In this document: piece after piece, positions 1 through 8,939 of the stretch | How the letters are laid out: every line of letters begins with the position of its first letter | Numbering within the stretch: the stretch's first letter is position 1 | Assembly (NCBI GenBank): GCA_050013255.1 | Contig: JBEKFP010000001.1 | Span: 832,001 to 896,000 of the forward strand | DNA from: Candidatus Bathyarchaeia archaeon | GTDB taxonomy: Archaea > Thermoproteota > Bathyarchaeia > 40CM-2-53-6 | Length of the DNA: 64,000 bases | Reading direction: 5' to 3' | Notes under the pieces: generated by a model | Told to the model about the DNA's origin: nothing | What the model saw: only the letters and a program-made list of their open reading frames with translations | The model's database searches: none | Position numbers and translations under genes: made by a program

Positions 1-346
1 CAAAGGGGGCAACCTGGACTCGGCGCGTGCGGGCGTACACTAATGGAAGTTGTCCAAGCAGTTCATGCTCGCGCAAATCGATTCCGACTTCTTCATGTGC
101 TTCCCGGATTGCTGTTTCTAAGAAGTTTCGGTCGCTTGAGGCTTTGTGGCCGCCGGGGAAAGCTATCTGACCTGACCATGGGTCCCCTACCCGTTCAGTT
201 CTCTTGATCAGAAGGATCGAGCCCCCTCGATCCCTCGGATTGATGATGATTGCGACGGCCGCTTCGGGGTGTCCATTATCCGATTTAGGAACAGGTCCCT
301 CTCTTCGGAGACGCCCCTTGAGAGACTCAATATCAAAGGTACCCGT
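1..346 (-). CDS. Nudix hydrolase (CoA pyrophosphatase/NudL-like), runs off window start; not in ORF track
   Basis: Manual minus-strand translation: AAVAIII...LLIKRTERVGDPWSGQIAFPGG...ETAIREAHEEVGI (Nudix box with NudL-type upstream motif). No ATG/GTG/TTG in frame before the domain, so the start is uncertain. Confidence 0.85.
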
Positions 347-719
347 CGAGCAGCCACCTCTTTACTGCATTAGTGCGTATTCTATTTGAACGGTCTCTCG
401 GCGGGCGGGGCCATTTGGGGACCCCCCACAAGGGGTGGGGACACCCGCCCACCTTGCCTCTATTATTGCCTCGGCGTTCGAACAACAGACATGCGTCTTT
501 CATCCGGAAGCAATTGCGAGTAATCTTCGCCCCAGATCTAATCAGTCAACGGCGAAGAATTCTTTCAGAAAGATCCTGCGACCAGCTGATTTTTCAAACA
601 AACCTAAACGAAAACAACTCAGGTCCGGTTTTCGCATGGCTTTCTATGAAAGCTTAACGGGGGAAGAATTTATCAGTCGACACCAACTCACGCTCCCAAT
701 TGCTCTGGAGTTCTTTGAT

Positions 720-1943
720 TTGCATAGTGTCGATGACGCATTAGGTCGCATTGAGAGATCCCGTAATGACATCGAACGTTTCATGGTAGAGATGCTGAAG
801 ATTAAAGCCGTAAATCCGGATGGCGGAGGCAAAGGCGAGTATCAACGGGCACTCTTCGTCAAAAAGTGGCTAGAAGACCTAGGGTTCAAGGTGACGCGCC
901 ATGATGTTCAAGATAAGCGAGTGCCGGAGGGCGTCCGCATAAACTTAACCACAATCCTTGAGGGGCAAGACAAGAGTAGGACTCTCTGGTTGGCCGCACA
1001 CTTAGACACCGTTCCCGAGGGCGCCCGGGAACTATGGGCAACAGACCCCTATGACCCAGTCATAAAGGACGGCAAAATATTCGGGAGAGGTTCTGAGGAT
1101 AACGGCCAAGCCATTGGCTCTACTTTGTTCTCCGTGAAGGTGTTGAAGGAACTGGGCCTTAAACCCAGAATCAACCTCGGAGTTGCATACGTGTCCGACG
1201 AAGAGTCGGGCAGCAAATACGGCGTCATTCCGCTCATAGAAAAGAACGTGTTCAAACCTACAGATGTAGCAATCGTTCCAGATACGGGAAGTCCGGACGG
1301 CTCGCAGATCGAAGTCGCAGAGAAAAGCATACTGTGGTTGAGGATTACCACGAAAGGCCAGCAAGTTCACGGCAGCACCCCCGAAAAAGGGCTTAACGCA
1401 AGCAGAATCGGAATGAAACTAGCTCTCCAAATGGACGAACTGTTGCACAAAAAATATGCTGCAACCGACCCATTGTTCGACCCCCCAGTTTCAACTTTCG
1501 AACCCACGAAACACGAAGCGAATGTAGATAATGTGAACACTGTCCCAGGCCTCGACGTGCAATACTTTGACTGCCGGGTACTTCCTAAATATCCCCTAAA
1601 GGCGGTGATGGAAGACATCGAATCCTTAAAGTCGAAACTGCAAAAAGAAACAGGTGCAACGATTGAGATTTACCAAGTACAACACGAGGATAATACTAAT
1701 CCAACCCCAACCGACAGCGAAATTGTTCAGAAATTGAAGGCGGCACTCAAGGTGCTGCGCGGCATAGACGCAAAACCTATCGGCATTGGCGGTGGAACCG
1801 TGGGACTGTATTTCAGGCGCAAGGGAATCCAAACCGCCGTATGGTCCACACTAGAAGATATGGCCCACCAACCGAATGAATACTGCAAGATCGACAACAT
1901 CGTCAATGACGCGAAAGTCTTCGTCCATGTCGCGATGAACTGA
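720..1943 (+). CDS. M20 family metallo-hydrolase (DapE/ArgE-like)
   Basis: HLDTVP, GRGSEDNG, DEE, HGS and AHQPNE motifs. TTG at 720 follows GGAG and is preferred over the 435 start. Confidence 0.9.
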   Translation: MHSVDDALGRIERSRNDIERFMVEMLKIKAVNPDGGGKGEYQRALFVKKWLEDLGFKVTRHDVQDKRVPEGVRINLTTILEGQDKSRTLWLAAHLDTVPEGARELWATDPYDPVIKDGKIFGRGSEDNGQAIGSTLFSVKVLKELGLKPRINLGVAYVSDEESGSKYGVIPLIEKNVFKPTDVAIVPDTGSPDGSQIEVAEKSILWLRITTKGQQVHGSTPEKGLNASRIGMKLALQMDELLHKKYAATDPLFDPPVSTFEPTKHEANVDNVNTVPGLDVQYFDCRVLPKYPLKAVMEDIESLKSKLQKETGATIEIYQVQHEDNTNPTPTDSEIVQKLKAALKVLRGIDAKPIGIGGGTVGLYFRRKGIQTAVWSTLEDMAHQPNEYCKIDNIVNDAKVFVHVAMN

Positions 1944-1953
1944 CTAAGTAACT

Positions 1954-2841
1954 ATGACCGCGCACAGGCGCGATTGCAAATCGATGAAGCCACCCCATTT
2001 GCAACTCACAGTCAGGATCGCTAAGCCATCCGACTTTCGACTAGTCGCAAAGCTCTGCAGGCGTGCGGCTGGTCCTCGAGACTATGTGCTATCTATTCTA
2101 AGGGAGACAATTGAATATGGAGGGCTCTTTCTTGCATGGAACGATTCTGAACTTGTTGGTATGACAAATTTTGAGAAATGCATAGATCGAAGCGGCTGGT
2201 TAAGCATGGCACGCACAGACCCAGAGTGGCGCAGAAGCGGCGTTGCGATTTTCCTTCAGAAGCAGATAGCTGCTCACGCCAAGAAAAGAGGGATAACAAC
2301 CCTCAGGTTGTGGACTTCCTCCAGAAATACGCCTTCAATAAGAGCCATCATGAAGGGCGAATTCAAACAGGTATGTGAAGCCGCCCACATTTCCTACCAT
2401 TTCAAAACGACCGGTAAGAAGACGGCCATCCCCCCTTGTAGCCGAGTGTCTGAGGCTCAACTTGACACATTTCTAAATTCAGAATACCTATCTCAGATGA
2501 ATGGATATTTGGCCTACAATTGGCACTTCGTCAAAGCAAACAAACGTCTCCTCAAGATGATACAGCGAAGAGGGGAATTATACACGATGAGAGGGTCGGC
2601 GTTTATTCTAACCCAGCCGAGGAAAATCTTCGGCGAGCGTGCAACGAGTTTGAGTCTACTCATCGGCAAAGTAACCGATTCATTTAGGCGCTCTAAAGAT
2701 GCAGCAAAGGCGCTTGGAGTTCAAGTCATGGGAGCGTATATTCCGTATAACCGATACCTGTTGAGAACAGCTAGGGAACTCGGATTCAGGAGAGAACATT
2801 GGGGCCAGCACTGCCTGGTGTTCGAAAGAAACATACCTTAA
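1954..2841 (+). CDS. GNAT family N-acetyltransferase
   Basis: TDPEWRRSGVA acetyl-CoA motif and NTPS motif. Confidence 0.75.
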   Translation: MTAHRRDCKSMKPPHLQLTVRIAKPSDFRLVAKLCRRAAGPRDYVLSILRETIEYGGLFLAWNDSELVGMTNFEKCIDRSGWLSMARTDPEWRRSGVAIFLQKQIAAHAKKRGITTLRLWTSSRNTPSIRAIMKGEFKQVCEAAHISYHFKTTGKKTAIPPCSRVSEAQLDTFLNSEYLSQMNGYLAYNWHFVKANKRLLKMIQRRGELYTMRGSAFILTQPRKIFGERATSLSLLIGKVTDSFRRSKDAAKALGVQVMGAYIPYNRYLLRTARELGFRREHWGQHCLVFERNIP

Positions 2842-2871
2842 GCCAAGTTGACTGAAAGATTGTGAGTCGCA

Positions 2872-3663
2872 ATGCCATTGATCAGTTTGCTCACTGATTT
2901 TGGGTCGTTAGATCCTTTTGTCGGTGAGATGAAGGCAGTTATTCTTTCAATTTGCCCTGAAACTAGAATAATCGACCTCACACATCAAGTACAGAAGTTC
3001 GACGTTCGATTGGGGTCTTTCCTCTTGGCTGGGGCCGCACCCTATTTTCCATCAGGGACGATTCACGTTGGGGTGGTTGACCCTGGTGTGGGGAGCAGTC
3101 GTCGTGCAATCGTGGTGCAGTCACGGCGTGTTGTTTATGTCGGCCCGGATAACGGGTTGCTGGTTCCCGCTGCGCAGCGGGAAGGGATCCTTCACGTTTA
3201 CGAATTAACTAATCGTTCTTTCATGCGGAATGAAATTTCCGCAACATTTCACGGAAGGGATGTTTTCGCTCCAGCTGCCGCGCACTTAGCTTGCGGGAAG
3301 ATGCCAAGGGAATGTGGGCCTGAGATTTCCGATTATATACGACCGTCCTATTCCCAACCCACGTTCGATGGCAAAACAATTACCTGCGAAGTCTTTCACA
3401 TTGATGGTTTCGGAAACATCGTGACCAACCTTTCAAATCACATCGAAAGGTTGGGGTTAAAGTTCGAGGATAAGGTTTCGCTCACATTCAAGAAGAAGCG
3501 GATTCCAGCACGTTTCGTCCGAACCTATTCAGACCTTAAGAGGAAAGAGTTTGGAATCCTTTTCGGAAGTCATGGGTTCCTTGAAATTGCCTGCCGCGAG
3601 GCCAGCGCGGCTGGTAAGGTTCGCGTTAAAATTGGGAGTGTTGTTCATGTCGGTGTCGTTTAG
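2872..3663 (+). CDS. SAM hydroxide adenosyltransferase (DUF62, fluorinase/chlorinase family)
   Basis: LLTDFG, VVDPGVGS, GPDNGLL, TFHGRDVFAP and IDGFGN motifs. Confidence 0.93.
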   Translation: MPLISLLTDFGSLDPFVGEMKAVILSICPETRIIDLTHQVQKFDVRLGSFLLAGAAPYFPSGTIHVGVVDPGVGSSRRAIVVQSRRVVYVGPDNGLLVPAAQREGILHVYELTNRSFMRNEISATFHGRDVFAPAAAHLACGKMPRECGPEISDYIRPSYSQPTFDGKTITCEVFHIDGFGNIVTNLSNHIERLGLKFEDKVSLTFKKKRIPARFVRTYSDLKRKEFGILFGSHGFLEIACREASAAGKVRVKIGSVVHVGVV

Positions 3664-4186
3664 GCTCGTCGCTTAACGCGAGTTCCTTCAATCTTTCATC
3701 GCCAAATATGGTCTTGATGTAGGCTGCGACCGAGGCGGGTACGAGTTTCTCCCAGCTTTCGCCGCGGACTACACGTTCGCGTATTTCAGTTGACGAGTAC
3801 GTTTCCCGGTCGTAGAAGGGTAAAGGTTCGACGCGGAAACCTGCTTCTTTGAAGAGGCGTGAGGTGACAGGTTCGTTTGAGAAAACAACTTCGAAGCGAG
3901 GCGTTTGGGAGACGAGGTGTGAAACCCAGAGGTCGTGTACTCGAAGGTCACGGACTGGGATTAGGTAATACTTGGATGGGTCAATCTTAACCTCATCTAA
4001 GGCAAGGCGGATCATCGTGACCCGTTCCCCAGCTGTGAAGGGATTGTGTAACGTGTGGCTGAACTGGGCGCTGCCTATCGCTATGATAGCTTCGGACATT
4101 TTATTCAGTATATGTTGGACGCAGTGCAGGTGGCCTAAGTGGAAGGGTTGAAAGCGCCCGATCAACAACCCGCGTTCTTTGTCCAA
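3626..4186 (-). CDS. nadM: Nicotinamide-nucleotide adenylyltransferase
   Basis: GRFQPFHLGH, NPFTAGER and SSTEIR motifs. Confidence 0.93.
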   Translation of the reverse strand: MDKERGLLIGRFQPFHLGHLHCVQHILNKMSEAIIAIGSAQFSHTLHNPFTAGERVTMIRLALDEVKIDPSKYYLIPVRDLRVHDLWVSHLVSQTPRFEVVFSNEPVTSRLFKEAGFRVEPLPFYDRETYSSTEIRERVVRGESWEKLVPASVAAYIKTIFGDERLKELALSDEPKRHRHEQHSQF

Positions 4187-4347
4187 GCTTCAGCTATCCT
4201 GGGTTTATTTCGTCCCATGCCTTCAACCGCCTATTAAGAGAACGCTCCCACCCACAGCCGCGTTCGCGAGTCTGTGCTGAGATGGTTGGTCCGGATAGTT
4301 CTGAGTCTAATCGTTTAGTGAAACGTGATTTCTACTCTTATTTTCGT

Positions 4348-4926
4348 TCATTCAGGTTTCCAAAGTGATTCTGCAGAAACTTTTTCGCCGCGAAATACTA
4401 CACCTTCACGTTCAAGCAACCCGCGCTTGACATAGCCACCTTCAGAAGGTTTTCGCCCAGGCATACCGTAGTTTCCAACCTTCAACGAGGCTGGTACGAC
4501 TCTGTGACATGGAATGATTAGTGATAGTGGATTAGTGGCCACAGCAGTGCCAACTGCACGAGCATAACGCTTCCCGCCAACCCTCTTCGCTAAGGCACCA
4601 TATGTTGCCACCTTGCCGCTAGGAATCGCCTGGAGGAGAGAGTAGACCTTTCTCCTGAACTCAGAAACGTTCGACAAATCAAAGGACTTGAGCTGCCCTG
4701 TACCTTTCCCAGAATATGCTCCGTAGATCTCTTCGAACATGCTTGGGTCGACCGTACCGCCGGTTTCAATTTGAGACCGCGGAATCCTACCCATAACGGA
4801 TTCCTCAGCATCATTCTTGCCTCTGTCCGAGAATGCGCACGCCACCAATTGATTCCTCTCATTCATGGCCAAACTGAACCAGACGCCGTCCTTCCGTTGG
4901 GACATGATTCGGATCATGCCGCACAC
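4348..4926 (-). CDS. ogt: Methylated-DNA--protein-cysteine methyltransferase
   Basis: IPCHRVV active site and TYGALA...ARAVG HTH. Confidence 0.92.
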   Translation of the reverse strand: MCGMIRIMSQRKDGVWFSLAMNERNQLVACAFSDRGKNDAEESVMGRIPRSQIETGGTVDPSMFEEIYGAYSGKGTGQLKSFDLSNVSEFRRKVYSLLQAIPSGKVATYGALAKRVGGKRYARAVGTAVATNPLSLIIPCHRVVPASLKVGNYGMPGRKPSEGGYVKRGLLEREGVVFRGEKVSAESLWKPE

Positions 4927-5038
4927 ACCACTATCCCACCGTATGTGGGGTGTGTAGATAAATTGTGGCCCGGCGATGGATGATTAGTTTCATTAGCCTC
5001 TCAGCCTGATTACACAGTCCCATCGGTTTCCCCTGGTA

Positions 5039-6367
5039 TTGATGGGCTTGGGCTCACTGCAAGACCTTGAGTGGATTCAGAAGAGAACGGGCCTAGACCC
5101 AGCGCAGAACCATGATTCCCTTACTTTCGTCACAACAACATCCTCCACGATGTGCATGCAGTGCCGCGGCAGCCGCATGCTTTGCGGAAAGACCTCCTGC
5201 CCAATTCTGTCAAAAGCGGAATTACTGGTTAAGCATCTTCCGAATCTGAGCAAGTTAGAGATTGACGGGTCGAGCCCGCCTGGTGCTTTTGTTGGCCATG
5301 TTGGTTACCCGAGAGTTTACGTTGGCCCATTAATTCCACCCACTAAAGGTGACACGCGTCTTCTTGATACTCCTGAACTTTGGCTCGGAAAAGATATCCA
5401 AACGATTATTGATTTCAGGTTCAGTTTGATTCGCGGCAAATCGTTGCTGGATGTCCACGATGCCGTTGACCCTAACTCGTACTTGCTCGACCTACACGAC
5501 CTAGCGCTTTCATCTGCGTCGGTTGATGTTGATGCGAAGTTTCGTAAGAAACCAAGGATGGCTGTAACTCTAAGTGACGAAACGCAGCCGTTCGGACCGT
5601 CGGCGTTGATTGAGAAATTACAAGTCTCGCCGAGCACCGGTGAGCGGCGGCTTGAGGCTGTGTATTATGATGAGGATGAGTTGGCTGTGGATGGCATGTT
5701 CGATCTTTACAGGGATGGAATTGAAGTTTCACGGATACAGCGCACGCTAAGCCTCGGCATGTTGGGCGTTCAGAAGCAAAGGAAGATTGTTCCAACCCGC
5801 TGGAGCATCACAGCCGTCGACGACACACTCTCAAAACGGTTGCTTCGAGCGGTGAAGAATTATCCCCCCATCGACAAATACCAGGTCTACACCTACCGGT
5901 ACCTCGATAACGTGTACGAAGTCATAATGTCGCCCAGAAATTGGGAGTACGAGTCAATCGAAGCCTGGTTCCCAGGAACGGCGTGGAACGAAAACGGAAC
6001 ATTGCCCGCAATCATGGGGGACCACGAACCCTACGAGGGGAGGACGACCTACGCCTCTATTGGAGGCTGTTACTACTCCTGCAGGTTGGCCGCGGCTGAA
6101 GCACTTGAGAAGGTTCAGCGGCAAGCTGCAGTTCTAGTTCTCCGTGAAGCACGACCGGGCTACATACTTCCCGTCGGCGTTTGGAACGTAAGGGAGAGCG
6201 TCCGCGCGGCCCTTAGAACAGCGCCAGCAATATTCGACACCTTTCAACAAGCGCTGCACTACGCCTGTAGCAATTTTATAATCCCGCGAAAAACCTGGAT
6301 TGGCAATAGTGTGCTCATTCGTAACGAAATGTTCCAGCCTCGCCTCAACCAATACTTTGCTAGTTGA
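5039..6367 (+). CDS. nreA: Nre family DNA repair protein with C-terminal PIP box
   Basis: N-terminal CxxC...C...C, GSSPP...VG..GYP, VPTRWSITAVD, and C-terminal QPRLNQYF PCNA-binding motif. Confidence 0.9.
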   Translation: MMGLGSLQDLEWIQKRTGLDPAQNHDSLTFVTTTSSTMCMQCRGSRMLCGKTSCPILSKAELLVKHLPNLSKLEIDGSSPPGAFVGHVGYPRVYVGPLIPPTKGDTRLLDTPELWLGKDIQTIIDFRFSLIRGKSLLDVHDAVDPNSYLLDLHDLALSSASVDVDAKFRKKPRMAVTLSDETQPFGPSALIEKLQVSPSTGERRLEAVYYDEDELAVDGMFDLYRDGIEVSRIQRTLSLGMLGVQKQRKIVPTRWSITAVDDTLSKRLLRAVKNYPPIDKYQVYTYRYLDNVYEVIMSPRNWEYESIEAWFPGTAWNENGTLPAIMGDHEPYEGRTTYASIGGCYYSCRLAAAEALEKVQRQAAVLVLREARPGYILPVGVWNVRESVRAALRTAPAIFDTFQQALHYACSNFIIPRKTWIGNSVLIRNEMFQPRLNQYFAS

Positions 6368-6451
6368 AGTTCGGGTTCTGAGAGATTAGCATAAGAAAGG
6401 ATACTCTTTTTCCTGAAGTGCTCGTAGTGGACGCATGGAGTCCGCGGGTCG

Positions 6452-7513
6452 TTGATTGAGATAGCCGGTGATATGCTTGAGGGTGGAGGCCAAATTCTTC
6501 GTACCACCATAGCCCTGTCTGCCCTCATGCGGAAGGACGTCAGGATCACGAAGATTCGCAATAACCGGCCTAACCCTGGTTTGCAGGCCCAACATGTCAC
6601 GGCGGTCCGGGCCGTTGCAGTTGTCGCAGGTGCGAAAACCGAAGGCCTCTTGCCGGGTTCCAGGGAGTTAGTGTTCAGACCCGGTGGCCATGTTGCAGGC
6701 CGCTTCAGTTTCAATGTGGGAACTGCCGGCAGCATTCCCTTGATCCTGCAGGCTGTAATGCCCTCGGCCGCCTACGCCCCAGACCAAGTTGAGTTCGAGT
6801 TGACCGGCGGTACCGATGTGCCTTGGAGCCCTACCATCGACTACGTTCGGCTAGTCGAGCTTCCGATACTGCAGATAATGGGTTACCGGGCTGCCTTAGC
6901 GGTCCATCGACGGGGGCACTACCCGAGGGGGGGTGGCCGCGTTACGATAGTGGTCGACCCGCCAAGGGCCTTGAAGGCTGTTAGGTTGCTCGAACAACGT
7001 GGCGGGACAGTTGTGGAGGGCATTAGCCATTGCGTGAAACTTCCCAGCCATGTAGCTGAGAGGCAGGCGGCCGCTGCGAAGGAGAAGTTGGGTGCCAGCG
7101 GCGCTCGAGACGTGAGCATAGCCGTAGAATCCTACCCACCAGCCCAAGATCCGCACCTCGCGCCTGGAAGCGGCATAGCGTTAGCCATGAAGTTCGTAAA
7201 CGGCCTCATTCTCGGCGCCGATAGCATTGGTGAAAGAGGAAAACCAGCTGAACGAGTAGGCCAAGAAGCCGCAAACAGTTTGCTTGCAGAGTTCGATTCA
7301 AAGGCCGCCGTTGACTTGCACATGGGCGACATGCTCATCCCATACATGGCAGTCGCCGAAGGACGATCGGAAATACAAGTCTCAGCAATCACGAACCACA
7401 CATTGACCAACATTAGGGTAGCCGAGATTCTTTCGGGCGTAAAATTTCAGGTTCAAGGATCGCTGCATGAACCTGGAAGAATCAGTGTCGAAGGAATCGG
7501 TTTGAGAACATGA
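6452..7513 (+). CDS. rtcA: RNA 3'-terminal phosphate cyclase
   Basis: EGGGQILR, RPNPGL..QH, GGTDV.WSP, GHYPRGGG and HTLTN motifs. Confidence 0.95.
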   Translation: MIEIAGDMLEGGGQILRTTIALSALMRKDVRITKIRNNRPNPGLQAQHVTAVRAVAVVAGAKTEGLLPGSRELVFRPGGHVAGRFSFNVGTAGSIPLILQAVMPSAAYAPDQVEFELTGGTDVPWSPTIDYVRLVELPILQIMGYRAALAVHRRGHYPRGGGRVTIVVDPPRALKAVRLLEQRGGTVVEGISHCVKLPSHVAERQAAAAKEKLGASGARDVSIAVESYPPAQDPHLAPGSGIALAMKFVNGLILGADSIGERGKPAERVGQEAANSLLAEFDSKAAVDLHMGDMLIPYMAVAEGRSEIQVSAITNHTLTNIRVAEILSGVKFQVQGSLHEPGRISVEGIGLRT

Positions 7514-7588
7514 AATAGATTGAGCACTACAGCACAGGGATAAACTATTAGGATTACGTGCTGCGACAGCTCGCAAGGTGAATTCACG

Positions 7589-8017
7589 ATGTTGGCGAAT
7601 GCCCTCCAAGTCATCATTGTGATTTTGCTCGGCATCCTATTCGCGTACCTGTACGGTTTCATTGAACACGGCTACATTCCCCCGGCCGAGCACCTTCGCC
7701 TGCGGTTTTTCCACCACTTCGCAAATTACCACATCATCATGTTCGGGTTGTTTTCAGCGCTCCCGTTAGTAGTTATAGTTTTCGAGCCGAACAGACTGGG
7801 TGTTCTACTGAGCTTTGGCTTGTGGACTTTCCTACCTGTCGGAGAAGACATTTCCTGGTACCATTTCGCGGGTACTTGGCCTACCCCTGAAGATTGGACC
7901 TCATGGGGAGGCGGCTATCACATCAGAAAAAGATGGATACCAAAATGGTACGTCACCAATTTGGTGTTAACGGCCGTGTTCTTCGGACTGGCCATAGCCC
8001 TTCCCCTCTTGCAATAG
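7589..8017 (+). CDS. Hypothetical membrane protein
   Basis: 142-aa ORF with about four hydrophobic segments; AGGTGA RBS upstream. Confidence 0.7.
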   Translation: MLANALQVIIVILLGILFAYLYGFIEHGYIPPAEHLRLRFFHHFANYHIIMFGLFSALPLVVIVFEPNRLGVLLSFGLWTFLPVGEDISWYHFAGTWPTPEDWTSWGGGYHIRKRWIPKWYVTNLVLTAVFFGLAIALPLLQ

Positions 8018-8108
8018 CTTCGCCCAGCAGATGATTCCATTCGAGAAGAGGGGCAAAGTTACACACGAGTGACTACAAATCATCCGCCAAGTCCGGGAAA
8101 CTGGAGTG

Positions 8109-8170
8109 AAAATGGTATGTCATCAATTTCGGGTTAACGGTCGTATTTTTTCGGCTTAGCCTTAGCTCTT
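8109..8170 (+). pseudogene. Degenerate duplicate of the 3' end of the 7589-8017 gene
   Basis: AAAATGGTATGTCATCAATTTCGGGTTAACGGTCGT resembles 7942 AAAATGGTACGTCACCAATTTGGTGTTAACGGCCGT. Confidence 0.7.
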
Positions 8171-8219
8171 AACCTAGACCGCTGAACCCTTGGACCAGAA
8201 CGTCATTCTACTGGTACTT

Positions 8220-8252
8220 GAAAAAAGAAGAAAAATGCGGGAAACAACCCGC
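8220..8252 (-). terminator. Hairpin plus oligo-T terminator of the 24-aa ORF
   Basis: Minus strand GCGGGTTGTTTCCCGC followed by ATTTTTCTTCTTTTTT. Confidence 0.55.
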
Positions 8253-8266
8253 CTTTATCGAAAGAC

Positions 8267-8341
8267 TTAAGCTACGTATTCAGTTGTGTCCCTTGCCTCA
8301 CGACCTTCTAGCTTCATTTTGACCTTGCGTTTCTTAGCCAA
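8267..8341 (-). CDS. Small basic 24-aa protein MAKKRKVKMKLEGREARDTTEYVA
   Basis: TTG start with GGAGGTGA RBS, upstream TTAAATA box, downstream GCGGG/CCCGC hairpin and T-rich tract. Confidence 0.7.
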   Translation of the reverse strand: MAKKRKVKMKLEGREARDTTEYVA

Positions 8342-8520
8342 CTCAATTCACCTCCAACAATTAACTCAATATAAGGCGCTCTCAGTATTTAACGCGGCTT
8401 GGAGAAGAAATCAAAAAGGACGAATGTTCCACATTTCTACCAAGTAGACGCCTATGTCTTATCTCGTGTTGGGTTACTAGCGCCTGCTAGGTTGTGATTG
8501 CAGAATCAAGGGTGGCGGGT

Positions 8521-8721
8521 CTACAGCTGTTTTATGATTTCGGCGTGTGCGTGGCGTGCTGCGCAGCTTGTTATTCGGGCCTTGATCTTGGTCCCTGGCT
8601 TTGCGTTTTTTACGAAGACGATGCAGCCATTTACGCGGCCTACTCCTTCGCCTAAGCGTGAGGTTTCTTTGATTTCCAGTTCCACTTCATCGCCCGGCTT
8701 CAACTCATGCCAAGTAGCCAA
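8521..8721 (-). CDS. Single TRAM domain RNA-binding protein
   Basis: G.E.ELEI...GEGVGRVNG..VFV..AKPG pattern. Confidence 0.85.
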   Translation of the reverse strand: MATWHELKPGDEVELEIKETSRLGEGVGRVNGCIVFVKNAKPGTKIKARITSCAARHAHAEIIKQL

Positions 8722-8939
8722 TCAGCCACGCCCCTGCGCATGGTGCCACAGGCTTGCACTTGGGTATCAACCTATCCCCAGATTGTGATTCGGGCGGACG
8801 ACTTTAGGGAAGAATCTGGCAGATAGTGGGAGTAGTGAAAGGGTTGACTAGTTTCGGAGTGCACCTGCCCGGGTTGGATGCGATGGTTTGAATAGTTGAT
8901 CCAGTAGTTGATACTGGTGGAGTATTCGTAAACGGAAGG

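Noticed and set aside
1-560. Possible rRNA, SRP or RNase P RNA at the window start
   Set aside because: No conserved rRNA or SRP motifs; 1-346 translates as a Nudix hydrolase on the minus strand.
435-719. 95-codon N-terminal extension of the M20 ORF
   Set aside because: Not M20-like, overlaps the divergent promoter region, and a TTG with RBS exists at 720.
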